The position numbers were made by a program, and so were the translations under genes. 64,000 bases of DNA. Origin: an uncultured archaeon (GTDB lineage Archaea > Iainarchaeota > Iainarchaeia > Iainarchaeales > DTGL01). This document shows, one piece after another, positions 56,401-64,000 of the stretch. The stretch spans positions 32,001 to 96,000 of the forward strand of contig CAZKED010000001.1 in assembly GCA_964551725.1 (NCBI GenBank), given 5' to 3'. The notes under the pieces were generated by a model. It did no database searches. It had not been told where the DNA came from and saw nothing but the letters and a program-made list of their open reading frames with translations. Position 1 is the stretch's first letter, and each line of letters starts with the position of its first letter.

Positions 56401-58742
56401 CAAAAACGTTTTATGCAACGCTCAACTGGGAAGGCGACCCAGACAAAATCACCACTGCAGCGCTTGACAAGGCAAGGGCGGCAATGGAAACACTGGAAGA
56501 GGGCGACATTCCCGCTGGCGAAGCACAGGAAGGAAGCACACTGCTGCCTGCAAGCTCGGGTCCCGGAATACTCGCGGGAATGGCAGCATGCACCATAACG
56601 GATTTCGGAATAGGCGTGTTCATGTACACTCCCCTGGGCTCACTCGTTAATTCCGTGTTTGACTGCATTGTTCCCGGGCTGTGGAATTATTTGAAGACCA
56701 CCACCTGGGGGACCCCCATTGTTAAAGCGCTTACAACAGCGTGGCAAACAGTGAAAAAGATTCCCGTAATAGGACACATAATAAGCGGAGTGCAGACAGC
56801 GCTTGGATGGGTTGCCCGCGGCATAAGCAAGGCGGTAAGCGGTATTTACGGAGTAATGCTGGGCGAGCCCGGCGCTTCGGCGGAGGAAGCTACGGAAAAC
56901 CTGCTTGCCTCTGGCGTAACCGGCGTGCAGATTAATTCCGTGCGAAGGTATCTGACAAGTGAAATGGCCGGCACAAAACTGCTGGACCTTGTTTCAATAA
57001 GACCCGGGCACGAGGGACAGCTGACGACAGCCGGCAGAGCAATCGCGAAGGAAACCGCGGACAGGGTGGCAGCGGATTATGTCGACGTAATATTCACCGG
57101 TGCTTCCTCAAGCGCCGATGACATTATTAAAGGGGTTAGGACGGAGCTAGCTAAAGCCCTACAGTCCGAAATGGAAACCGAGTTGAGGAGAGTGGGCAAC
57201 ACTGTGCACAGCAACCATGCAGCCGCAAAGCTTTTCGGCGGAGACGAACTGGGAAGAGGTTACAGAACAGCAAGCGTTTCAAGCATTATTGACGATGCCT
57301 CCAAGGGTCCCTGGTCTAAAGCGTACGAAAAGCTCTGGTCCTCAAAGTTCGCGGCAAGAGGCACTACAAAAAAGAGCATGATGGACTGGGTGCAGCACGC
57401 GGACGTGAAGGGCGCGGAGATTGCCAACAGGATTTTGCAGGCAAAGGCGAGCGTTTTGGATGACCTGGCAGGACCGGCTTTGGTTGAAGGCGTGACATTC
57501 CCAGATTTTGGAATTGATGATATTCACGCAACAGGCGCTCGCGACAAGGTCGTCGATGCTGTGACAAACAGCATTTCTGGCAAGCTTAAAAGCAAGGGAA
57601 TAAACCTGACCAGCACCATGCAAACGAATCTGAGGGAATCTGTTGAAACGGCAGTAGGTGCTGTGTACGCAGAAACTCCCCATATACCAGGCAACAGACC
57701 ACTGGTTCCAAACCCAGAAGCCGGAGTAATACGGGGCAACAACGCCAAGGTCGCCGCGCAGATGGCGCTTGATGATTTCGTTTCAAAGTACGGGGACAAC
57801 CTGCTCAGAGCTTCACCCGAAGCGCTGAAGGCAATGGCCCAGAAACTTGGAATAACGGTGGATGAATTGTTAGAGCTTGGCGCGAAAAAGACTTTCTGGC
57901 AGAAATGGTTCACAGCAAAAGGATGGGCTGAAAGGGGGCGCAGGCTCGTGAACTGGAGGAACCTGAAGGAATTCGGAAAAGCCGCTGGATTGGGAATGCT
58001 TGCCAACTGGGTCGGCGGCTTCGTGGCGGAAGCGGTTAACGCGGAAGCACCCGAGGAAGCCGAGGCGGGGATTGCAGCGCCGACTATTGAGGGCGAACCC
58101 GAATTCCTGGAAGGATATATTGTGAGCTCGCCCGAATACGTGTACAAGCACCGCACTTACAGGGTGGATGTTACCGGCGGCAGGGATGGAAAGCCGCGGT
58201 ATTCTCTCAACATGGTTGACACTCCGGAAGAAAGGGAGGAAATGCGCGAGGCAATTGCTGAGAATCCTGACATTGTGCTGACCGACTCGTGCAGTGAATC
58301 TCCCACCAGAGACATGGGCGGGGTGTTTATCGCAAGGCTTGTTCCGGACTTCGAAAAAGAAGGGGATTACGCGCGCGCCTATTACCTGTACGGGGACGCT
58401 TTCAGCAGCACCGCCACTTACTATCAGCTGGACGATTCACTGCTGATGGCTGTTTTGATGGTTTCGCCGGAGAAAATAAGGGATTGTGGCATACCGAATG
58501 ACTGGTTCAAGCAGGCAGACGAAATACAGAAGCAGTCCATTGACTGCGCGGGCAAAAAACTGTGGGAGAACAGCGCAAGCAACCTGAGAAGCCAGCCCGG
58601 CGATTACCACGAGAACCTTGAAGGAGTGCTCGAGGGAATGGTCGGCAGTTCTGCCTTTGAAAGCACGGAAGACTGGACCAATTATATTGACATGGTTTAC
58701 GGGAACGACGAGCGCTGGAATGAAAATTACCAGCCCGATTGA
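50412..58742 (+). CDS. 2776-aa N-terminally anchored giant surface protein: carboxypeptidase-regulatory-like repeats, Ig-like body, hydrophobic/basic helical insert, SLT-like C-terminus
   Basis: N-terminal amphipathic domain plus TM. Repeated D..G.PL.G..V...A.K.GY modules. Acidic ectodomain with a helical region at 56559-58040. Confidence 0.85.
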   Translation: MFGNSLGSFYTKIEDKWYSAIDWLDRKGIPFYVFTDFLEKRGIPSLPFSIAVLFLLVLLLSTVSFGTAVNATLSFNISDAHGDPLQGVTVTITDAAGKQVEKKAVSDGGKILLQGAPVGAVYEISAAKPGYVQDDTTAKIDSASVNVYLTLRADLQLAEGMLSLVDERSGTAVRNPVCIVKYEGLDIDGSVDSKQVIHFSGIPAGEEVIVQCTANGYEDLSIPIAFREGETMQQVMTPLTAALTGDSFVLVSLYEWTDGEAKPLSGVRLIIKNAETGNTISDVNLGEDAEYAETLKKGTVITITAEKEGFITAVWPETTLREEETPIEIVMRKGGEKLVVRVNAEDTGPLSGAIVQLYDAAAELIKEETTDFSGFVELVGMDPNATYYITAYKDLYVAQRKKIIPGELEELVFTLEYASPQNSSTLSIKVLDSAGFYANGASLYFYERSGEEVLPLGIPVKYADLRGEAIAQVEKEKLVVVVAKKDLEEGEGEAEITQSSHEMEIQMEKPVNFVELKLVDEFGNPVPGTANISTQSGEELYSGEISDAIWFDSQGNEKVVLAVEQEGEKIYEEEVEVDSKTEIEIEIPLGEEARIPAIEFLGVFNAMDEEVEGITRGEYYWLKFSASLPQSEKSGVHVRVGNDSQKFADEQRVGIYGFDSAPGDFFFGRSYQPPSGQAIDYKNRGKAGEKNKWVEIYFDNPADTEIIRVKVKTEETFSREEFEVHFRAFAKFRGKFYNSPQSTGEMQLYSETYSESVRVFTTRTLCSEGLCAGYLFRDAEGMEFRENEFKPILERPYALEITLSAKEGEKVNLTASTRANAAAMAFWGISLDEFAVVPEQGYELASADIADVQVERGEEVKAVVYFMPKETGQGYLEISVQGTENEIRKKFYFDVAEERNISIEMPGKGKLTLGENLFLRLTDAETSEFLTNAKLRLENIDTEKIEVSTVGTNTRNNGLNGEYSLETSHLEPGFYKIVASLYGYVEAEKPVIILTDEVLEIESPVEISMERCALEGKCETSGEATAKITNNLGLPVEVKGFRFEHIRMPNEFTLSADVSDILEGESAVYITAVFSGMYDKHLHGESDLVIEGSVGNVSVEATARVKVSYNKELPSDCLTIDKDSLQVLMLGNEGSTETVSFEVEYSRREECYRDSALEFSVYSEALRSDEDITVEETTFSLSPGEKRDVRLSITNNIKRFYSASLKREFEIFIESADITKSIPLTVLLKDPVFFLETNDNITLWMSKDEESGEISGIAPLYMRNTGELPIESLSFSIAESPASINITVLQDGGNLTYLTQPALQAYSARIPMGDGMALYGAPLQPGEQASPPKTIYASTTSTGIDKGPHRAIIEIRGVVKGEEHFLRNVAVWIHVSTPKCLKLYMTDTDFRSAESEQGTISKTATIENNCGETVREITLDPKKFGENTLNLNPLRKAFLSPGEKTEWKVIMEKREDYSAETELRAKGFLVSTQRYIYSDPIPITIAIGTEAETSAGPSLEAFTMPVCETDEEKEIHYPDIASYEDKDCAQGYCDAVQLSEFLLKKAEEKIQAVKRRLQDGSYDVSNFDNCQDSAGLCSFTSLDVTPTVLTVYMNNDNLSAEVAEHVKDTGSFPELKGFVVDYFDGTISDLVSREGFFAPFHLYMPTNVTGCGKYVFSVKGAVQNIQGKLEEDKILILIEFTEERKITPECTNEVQNVMNFLPVDKGLTHRNNKSAWPATVEATSELEELGKKIADELFDDEKRSTTGSVSLNKLRLKYGDEEQGGILVIKLMRVSSTEARPKTVEALITPMHRDSADDVKETLEESIVEAFGKLAQSSQDLDMCIDAQGESFTLLGLESRGEISISGEERIELYYEEEGCADLNVFSSVMEKVSLKTNWKEMREAGENAGLSDVYIKVAGERVKEYSNEERVLGDSFRLERNPAGNNYYMEFQVCAKGDIDAIDEAFGKEVKVRAKSASFAGREMKDWHSVSIELCWIHPYSLLDKLEGVHVDPGETKTFYATLNWEGDPDKITTAALDKARAAMETLEEGDIPAGEAQEGSTLLPASSGPGILAGMAACTITDFGIGVFMYTPLGSLVNSVFDCIVPGLWNYLKTTTWGTPIVKALTTAWQTVKKIPVIGHIISGVQTALGWVARGISKAVSGIYGVMLGEPGASAEEATENLLASGVTGVQINSVRRYLTSEMAGTKLLDLVSIRPGHEGQLTTAGRAIAKETADRVAADYVDVIFTGASSSADDIIKGVRTELAKALQSEMETELRRVGNTVHSNHAAAKLFGGDELGRGYRTASVSSIIDDASKGPWSKAYEKLWSSKFAARGTTKKSMMDWVQHADVKGAEIANRILQAKASVLDDLAGPALVEGVTFPDFGIDDIHATGARDKVVDAVTNSISGKLKSKGINLTSTMQTNLRESVETAVGAVYAETPHIPGNRPLVPNPEAGVIRGNNAKVAAQMALDDFVSKYGDNLLRASPEALKAMAQKLGITVDELLELGAKKTFWQKWFTAKGWAERGRRLVNWRNLKEFGKAAGLGMLANWVGGFVAEAVNAEAPEEAEAGIAAPTIEGEPEFLEGYIVSSPEYVYKHRTYRVDVTGGRDGKPRYSLNMVDTPEEREEMREAIAENPDIVLTDSCSESPTRDMGGVFIARLVPDFEKEGDYARAYYLYGDAFSSTATYYQLDDSLLMAVLMVSPEKIRDCGIPNDWFKQADEIQKQSIDCAGKKLWENSASNLRSQPGDYHENLEGVLEGMVGSSAFESTEDWTNYIDMVYGNDERWNENYQPD

Positions 58743-58756
58743 AGGGGGAAAAACTG

Positions 58757-60475
58757 GTGAATGAGCGCGCTTTCAATCTGTTCACTGCTCTCCTGGGATT
58801 CGTGCTCATTATTCTGACCTCGCTGCTTGTAACAAGCATGATTTCAACCGAGGAATCAGCAACAAGCCTCATAAACGACTTGCAGGACCAGGCGAGAATT
58901 GAATCCGTTTCAAGGCTTGCACGCGCAGATGCAATACAGATAGTGAACTACGGAATGCGTATGAAAATAGACGAATGGCTGAGGGACAGTTCCTTTTCGC
59001 CGAGCGACCCGGACACGTGGGAGGACTGGGATGCCATAGTGGACGAATTCGAGAGGAAATTCGGGAGAGCCGAGGAGGGGAGCACGCAGCCGCTCATCAA
59101 TAAAATAACGGGGCATCTCACGGGGCTGTTTGAATCATACGAGTTCGCGTTCGAGGGTTATAGGGTGAGGGTTATAAACAAGGGCAATTTTTCAAAAGTG
59201 CTGAATCCTTTGCTTGAAAAAGAGGTAGCGGAAGGCAGGTTGCTCGAGGTGATTGAGTGCAATGGAACGCCTGAAGACTGCGAAAGGGGAACTTTTTACG
59301 TTAACCTGAACATTGCGGAATTGAGCGACGAGGAATACGAGCAACTGCCTTTGCTGCAGGTCGAATACAGGAAGGGAAGCAAGACAATTACGGTGAGCGA
59401 CCCGCTGCTTCCGAGGAACAACATGCGCTTTTATTTTCCCTTCAGGTTTTTCAAGGCATTGAGCTATGCAAGGCAGTTCACGCACAGCGGGAGCGACGGG
59501 AAACTTGATTCCGCATTGCTTATAAACGGGGGACAGGATTACGGCTTTCTTTCCCCGAGAATCCACAACGAATTCGATGCTTACGCGCTGGGCATATGCG
59601 ATTACGGGTACTGCTATCCGAGGACAAATCCATTGTATCCCCCGGAAAAAAAGAGCATACAGAAGGGCTGCCCGTTGGGAGCAGGCGCCGGCTCGAACCA
59701 GCTGGACAGCGTGCAGCTTTCGTTCAGCACCCCCAAGCACAGCATAAGCGAAACCTATAACCCGGGAAGCGCGGACGACATGAAGGAAAAACTCAAAAAA
59801 ATCGCAAGCATAAGGCTCTGCGAAATTGCCGAAAACACGCTCGGCGGGGTGAGCGATTCCGACTTCGAGGTTGTTTCCTCCGCTGTTCAGGGAACAAGCT
59901 GTTATATCGCGGAAATTGACAGGATGCACATTTATGAAACGCCCTCCAAGGAAATCGTGACAAAAAAGCGCGGCGACACGAGCGACGGCTGCGACGGCCA
60001 GCCCACGCATCCGCCGGGAACAACGGTTTCAGCGCAAGTGGTCAACGCGCCCAGCACAGGGGTGTGCCCTTACAATTTCACCCTGCCGGTGAACAGGAGA
60101 GTCGGAGTCTACTACTCCGGCGGTGAATGGGAGTTTCCTGTTCTCCGTACAGAAAAATGTGCGGGGGTTTCCGCCGGCTCAAGCGGTTCGGTGAAGTGCA
60201 TGGAATTATCGGAGATAAAAATCACCCTCGGCTTCAGGGAAAACAACGAGAACTATAAAGTGATAAACGATTTGGACCTGCAGTACAATATAGGGGTTAT
60301 AACGAACCGCCTGACAGGATTCAATCCCAATTACGACCAGGGCGCAGTGGGAGCGGACTGCGCTTTTAACCAAGCACCCCAGGGAGGCAAGTGCAATTCT
60401 TCGGCTGGCTGGGTTTGCGAGAACTGGGTGGACTGCTATTACGGCGGAAAGGCTGTGGCATGCGTTCCCGCATAA
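58757..60475 (+). CDS. Large Cys-rich pilin-like / adhesin protein
   Basis: (M)NERA|FNLFTALLGFVLIILTSLLV resembles a class III leader. GTG start follows AGGGGG. The C-terminal half has many Cys. Confidence 0.7.
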   Translation: MNERAFNLFTALLGFVLIILTSLLVTSMISTEESATSLINDLQDQARIESVSRLARADAIQIVNYGMRMKIDEWLRDSSFSPSDPDTWEDWDAIVDEFERKFGRAEEGSTQPLINKITGHLTGLFESYEFAFEGYRVRVINKGNFSKVLNPLLEKEVAEGRLLEVIECNGTPEDCERGTFYVNLNIAELSDEEYEQLPLLQVEYRKGSKTITVSDPLLPRNNMRFYFPFRFFKALSYARQFTHSGSDGKLDSALLINGGQDYGFLSPRIHNEFDAYALGICDYGYCYPRTNPLYPPEKKSIQKGCPLGAGAGSNQLDSVQLSFSTPKHSISETYNPGSADDMKEKLKKIASIRLCEIAENTLGGVSDSDFEVVSSAVQGTSCYIAEIDRMHIYETPSKEIVTKKRGDTSDGCDGQPTHPPGTTVSAQVVNAPSTGVCPYNFTLPVNRRVGVYYSGGEWEFPVLRTEKCAGVSAGSSGSVKCMELSEIKITLGFRENNENYKVINDLDLQYNIGVITNRLTGFNPNYDQGAVGADCAFNQAPQGGKCNSSAGWVCENWVDCYYGGKAVACVPA

Positions 60476-60746
60476 CTGCGTTACGGAATTTTGGCGAAAA
60501 ATTCGGGCGCAAAACATTTAAATAAGAAGTCAGTCATAATAATGTCATTATTGATATAAAGAATATAAAAAGAAAAAATAAAAGAGAGCTAAACAGGCAT
60601 AAAAGCAGGGAAAACAGCGGTAAAAAAGAGGGAAACTCCTCAAATGGCGGGAATTGCACCGGAAAGTGAAAACAGGGGAAAACATATAATTAAATACACA
60701 ATTCGGAAGAAATTATTTAATTGGTAAAGGTTATTAAGTGAATAAA

Positions 60747-63700
60747 ATGGGTGTGGTGGATTCAATCAAGGATTTCTACTTCCGCCTTGAGGAAAAATAC
60801 TATAAATTCGTTGACTGGCTCGACACAAAGCATTTCCCCTACTACAAATTCGTTGACTTTGTCGAAAGCCGCGGCATTCCGAGTTTTCCGCTTTCCATAG
60901 CTGGAATTGCTGTCATTGCACTGCTTTTGTTTTTCTTTGCGGTTCCCCTGCTGGGAATCGAATTTCCCATTGCAAGAGTGCCTCTTTCAGTTGAGGTAAT
61001 GGACGGGAAAGGAAACGGGATATACAACGCCTTGGTGGAAATAAAGGGAGCAGATTTTTCGGAGCAGGGAAGGACAGACGGAGCGGGAATTGCGGAATTC
61101 AACGTTCCGATGGAAACCCAGTTAACGGTAAGCGTTGAAAAGAGCGGGTTTGAAAAATACGCGGACTCGTTTTCCGTCAGCAGGGAGGAAACGAAAACAA
61201 TCGAGTTAAGCGCGGAGGAAATCTCGAGGGAAATACTGTTCAAGAAAAAGGGGACAGAGGAGCTCGTGGAAGAGACAATAAACGTTTCATTCGAGTGCTC
61301 CAATATTGAGGCGGATTTCGAAGAGCAGAGAACAGTGCAAAACGGAAGGGTGGAACTGGATGGAATCCCCGCAAACTGCGGTCTGCTGGAAGTGAAGGTT
61401 GAGGGCTTTGCAGTGGACAAAGACATTGATTTGGATGAAACGCTGCCCGAAGTTTTCCTGGCCGGGGAAGAAGCCGGAAAGGGAAGAGTGTACGTTCTCG
61501 TGAAGGAAGAGGAAACAAAAAAACCCCTTGAGGGAATGCGCGTAGTGCTTGTCGGAGCGGTGGAGCGCTCCGATCTGAGCGATGAATCGGGAAGCGTGGT
61601 ATTCGAGGGCGTTCCGGCGGGAGATTACTACGTAAAAGTAATGGATGCGCTCGAATACGAGGACCATGTTTCGGACACAAAAACGCTGCAGGAGGAAGAC
61701 AGCGTTACTTTCAGCATAGAACTCGGAAAAGCGGCAAGGGCGCAAATAAACCTCAAAGTGGTTGATGCTACAGGGGAGCCAGTGGAAAAGGCAGCACTCA
61801 AGCTCTACAGGCAGGGGGGAACAAGCGTTGAGTACTCCGGGGAAACCGACCCGATAGGGCAGTACACTTTTAATGTTCCCACTGAAACAAAATACACGCT
61901 CGTGGTGGACAAGGCGGGATACTTCAAGGCGCAGCTTTCAGTCGAGGCACAGGAAGAATTTTTTGAGGTAACGCTGAAGGAACAGACCTCGGAGAACGGC
62001 GGGTCAATTGCAGTGAGCGCAAAGGACCAGAAAGGGAATGCTGTTGAAAACGTGAAGGTAGAATTAAAACTTGCCGACGGGGAATTCACGGGATACAGCG
62101 CTTTCACGGGAGCGGACGGAAGGGCTGAATTTACAGCAATAGAACCGGGCAATTACTACGTGTACGGCTCGAAGCAGGGCTTTGAAGGGTATGCAAGCAA
62201 CGAGTTCCAGGTAAGAGAAAGGGAAATAACAAGCGTGCAGCTGGTGTTCGTAATAGGAGAGGGCGAGTTCCTGGTAAAAGTGCTCGACGATGCGGGAAAC
62301 GCGCTGGCTGGTGCAAGCGTTGAAGCAATTGACGTTTTCACTGACAGGATGATGTCCCAAAAAACAACCGATTTAGAGGGCATCGCGCATTTCAGGGAGA
62401 GAGTGGACAGGAAGGTTTTTTTCGTGACGGAAGCCGACGGCTTTTTGCCTTTTGTGTCACTGCCCTTTGTACCGGTGCAGGACTCGCAGAGAGAAGTGGA
62501 AATCCGCATGATAAAAGGAACGGGAAAAATTAAAACAAGCATGACACTGCTGCTCAATGACATGGAAGTCAGGGAATTTGTCTCGGCAGGCGAAAGCTAT
62601 AAGGCATTGGTGCAGCTGGTGCTGCCGAGCGAATACAATAAAGCGGGAATTCATTTGCGCGCGGGAGAAGATACTGAAGGAAAAGTGAATTCCGCCGAAG
62701 AAGACATCATTTTCATAAGGGAAATCGAAGCGGCGAACGCCAATATCAGGACAGGTTCAACTTATACCCCGCCTTTCGGGAGCGGGCAGGATTACGCAAG
62801 CAATGGGAGCACCAAGTGGGCGAACATAGAATTCGAGCCCGGGAAAAAGGGGCTGCCGAGCAGGGGCGTGTTCAACGCAATCGCGGAAGTGCAGGTAAGG
62901 GACGAAGCGGCAATGGGCGAGGATACAAAAATAAGCTACCGCGGTTATGGAGTAAGTGCAACGTATTCAAGGGACCCGATTGACGCGGCGCTTGGGAGCG
63001 CCGAATCCTCGGCAAGAAAGCATGGACTGTACGCGCAGGCATACGACAGGCATTTTTCCGTCGGACAGAGCAATGTGTGCAGCGGGGGCTACTGCAGGAT
63101 TATCTTTATCGAGGACGTTGAAAGCGGAATGAAGAGCGCGGTAATTGATTCGTTTCCCGCGAACATTTCAAGCATGTATGAGTTAAACGTGAAACTCAAC
63201 AAGGCAGGCGCGGGAAGTGTGAGGAATGCCTTCCTCGAAGTGCGCAACCCGGAACAGGGACTGGAATTCGGGGAATACTCAATCTCCGACGCGGCGGGAA
63301 GGAAGTTCGAGGGAAACGCGAACGGAAGCGAACTCTCAAAAGCCGTGGGAGACCTGGCGCAGGATTTAAGCGTGAGCGCGAGCATTGAATTCCAAACCCT
63401 CAAGGAGGGAACAAACCAGATTGAAATCTCGCTTGCATCGGAATCCGGAAAGGTGTTCGGGCAAACAATAAAGGTGAACGTGAGGGCGGGAGAAGAACTC
63501 CAGCTTGAAATCGTTCCCAAGGACATTGTGCCCTTCATCGACAACCAGCTGCTTTTCAGGGTTTCCACTCTGGAGGATGCACCAGTCCCAAACGCTTTTA
63601 TCGAGCTTTCCCTTGACGGATACGACCTTGCAAGCGGGGAAACCGATAGCGCGGGAATATTCGCATTCGAACTCGAAGCGCCCAGCGCGGGCTCCGAGCT

Positions 63701-64000
63701 CCTGGCGAGAGTGAAAAAGAACGGATACGCGAGCCTGGAAAAAACAATGAAAATCGACGAGAGCATAATTGAAATAAGACCCGGGGAAGTGCGCTTTGAC
63801 CTGGAGCCAAAACTCAAGGAATTCGAGAACATTGACCTGGAGCTTATTAATTCAACCGCGGTTGAACTGGAGGTCGCCGGCGTAACAGTAAGCGATTCGC
63901 TTTCAGGACTCGTTTCAGTAAAGGGAGCGGAAAAACTCGTTGGGCTGGAGCTTCCCCTGGACGGAACCGTGCCTGTGGCATTAACCGCCGTGCTCACAGA
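60747..64000 (+). CDS. Giant surface protein paralogous to 50412..58742 (partial, runs off the window; not in the ORF track)
   Basis: Manual translation gives MGVVDSIKDFYFRLEEKYYKFVDWLDTKHFPYYKFVDFVESRGIPSFPLSIA then a TM. The frame reads as protein where spot-checked, through ...DGTVPVALTAVLT at the window end. Confidence 0.85.
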   Translation, partial: MGVVDSIKDFYFRLEEKYYKFVDWLDTKHFPYYKFVDFVESRGIPSFPLSIAGIAVIALLLFFFAVPLLGIEFPIARVPLSVEVMDGKGNGIYNALVEIKGADFSEQGRTDGAGIAEFNVPMETQLTVSVEKSGFEKYADSFSVSREETKTIELSAEEISREILFKKKGTEELVEETINVSFECSNIEADFEEQRTVQNGRVELDGIPANCGLLEVKVEGFAVDKDIDLDETLPEVFLAGEEAGKGRVYVLVKEEETKKPLEGMRVVLVGAVERSDLSDESGSVVFEGVPAGDYYVKVMDALEYEDHVSDTKTLQEEDSVTFSIELGKAARAQINLKVVDATGEPVEKAALKLYRQGGTSVEYSGETDPIGQYTFNVPTETKYTLVVDKAGYFKAQLSVEAQEEFFEVTLKEQTSENGGSIAVSAKDQKGNAVENVKVELKLADGEFTGYSAFTGADGRAEFTAIEPGNYYVYGSKQGFEGYASNEFQVREREITSVQLVFVIGEGEFLVKVLDDAGNALAGASVEAIDVFTDRMMSQKTTDLEGIAHFRERVDRKVFFVTEADGFLPFVSLPFVPVQDSQREVEIRMIKGTGKIKTSMTLLLNDMEVREFVSAGESYKALVQLVLPSEYNKAGIHLRAGEDTEGKVNSAEEDIIFIREIEAANANIRTGSTYTPPFGSGQDYASNGSTKWANIEFEPGKKGLPSRGVFNAIAEVQVRDEAAMGEDTKISYRGYGVSATYSRDPIDAALGSAESSARKHGLYAQAYDRHFSVGQSNVCSGGYCRIIFIEDVESGMKSAVIDSFPANISSMYELNVKLNKAGAGSVRNAFLEVRNPEQGLEFGEYSISDAAGRKFEGNANGSELSKAVGDLAQDLSVSASIEFQTLKEGTNQIEISLASESGKVFGQTIKVNVRAGEELQLEIVPKDIVPFIDNQLLFRVSTLEDAPVPNAFIELSLDGYDLASGETDSAGIFAFELEAPSAGSELLARVKKNGYASLEKTMKIDESIIEIRPGEVRFDLEPKLKEFENIDLELINSTAVELEVAGVTVSDSLSGLVSVKGAEKLVGLELPLDGTVPVALTAVLT

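Noticed and set aside
56559-58040. Prophage tape-measure gene
   Set aside because: The segment is in frame within a membrane-anchored cellular protein. No capsid, terminase, portal or integrase genes were recognised.
60476-60746. ncRNA or tRNA in the A-rich intergenic gap (likewise 15794-16104)
   Set aside because: No cloverleaf or stable GC-rich structure was seen. The sequence looks like promoter DNA.
60842-63997. Minus-strand ORFs including 63089..63997 (302 aa) and 60842..61426
   Set aside because: Ser/Phe-rich antisense shadows of the plus-strand gene starting at 60747, which the track omits because it has no stop codon in the window.

Overview
Gene-dense archaeal DNA. The lineage is inferred to be DPANN, most like Diapherotrites/Iainarchaeota, from the archaeal TATA/GGTGA signals, archaeal RibC/RibK/PAC2, class III signal peptides and an archaeosortase. 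About 60% of the window encodes cell-surface machinery. In order: the end of a TrxB-like gene, a methyltransferase, an AbiEi/AbiEii type IV toxin-antitoxin pair, a 3338-aa beta-helix/coiled-coil fibre protein, non-oxidative pentose phosphate genes (tal, split transketolase, rpe), a 3140-aa secreted repeat protein plus a 547-aa membrane protein, a Tad-like locus whose ATPase carries a four-cluster ferredoxin domain, PAC2 and ribK-ribC-ribH. The last ~30 kb holds a second type IV pilus ATPase and platform protein, about eight pilin-like genes (one too short for the ORF track), an archaeosortase, a 1505-aa candidate sortase substrate and two paralogous giant membrane-anchored proteins. Best candidates for novelty: (i) this 30-kb locus as a possible host-contact or penetration machine, (ii) the ferredoxin-pilus ATPase fusion, (iii) about 100 D-x-N motifs in the 3140-aa protein, possibly a non-canonical modification sequon. 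No rRNA, tRNA, CRISPR array, IS element or prophage was recognised. All family assignments are by-eye motif recognition; no database searches were run.
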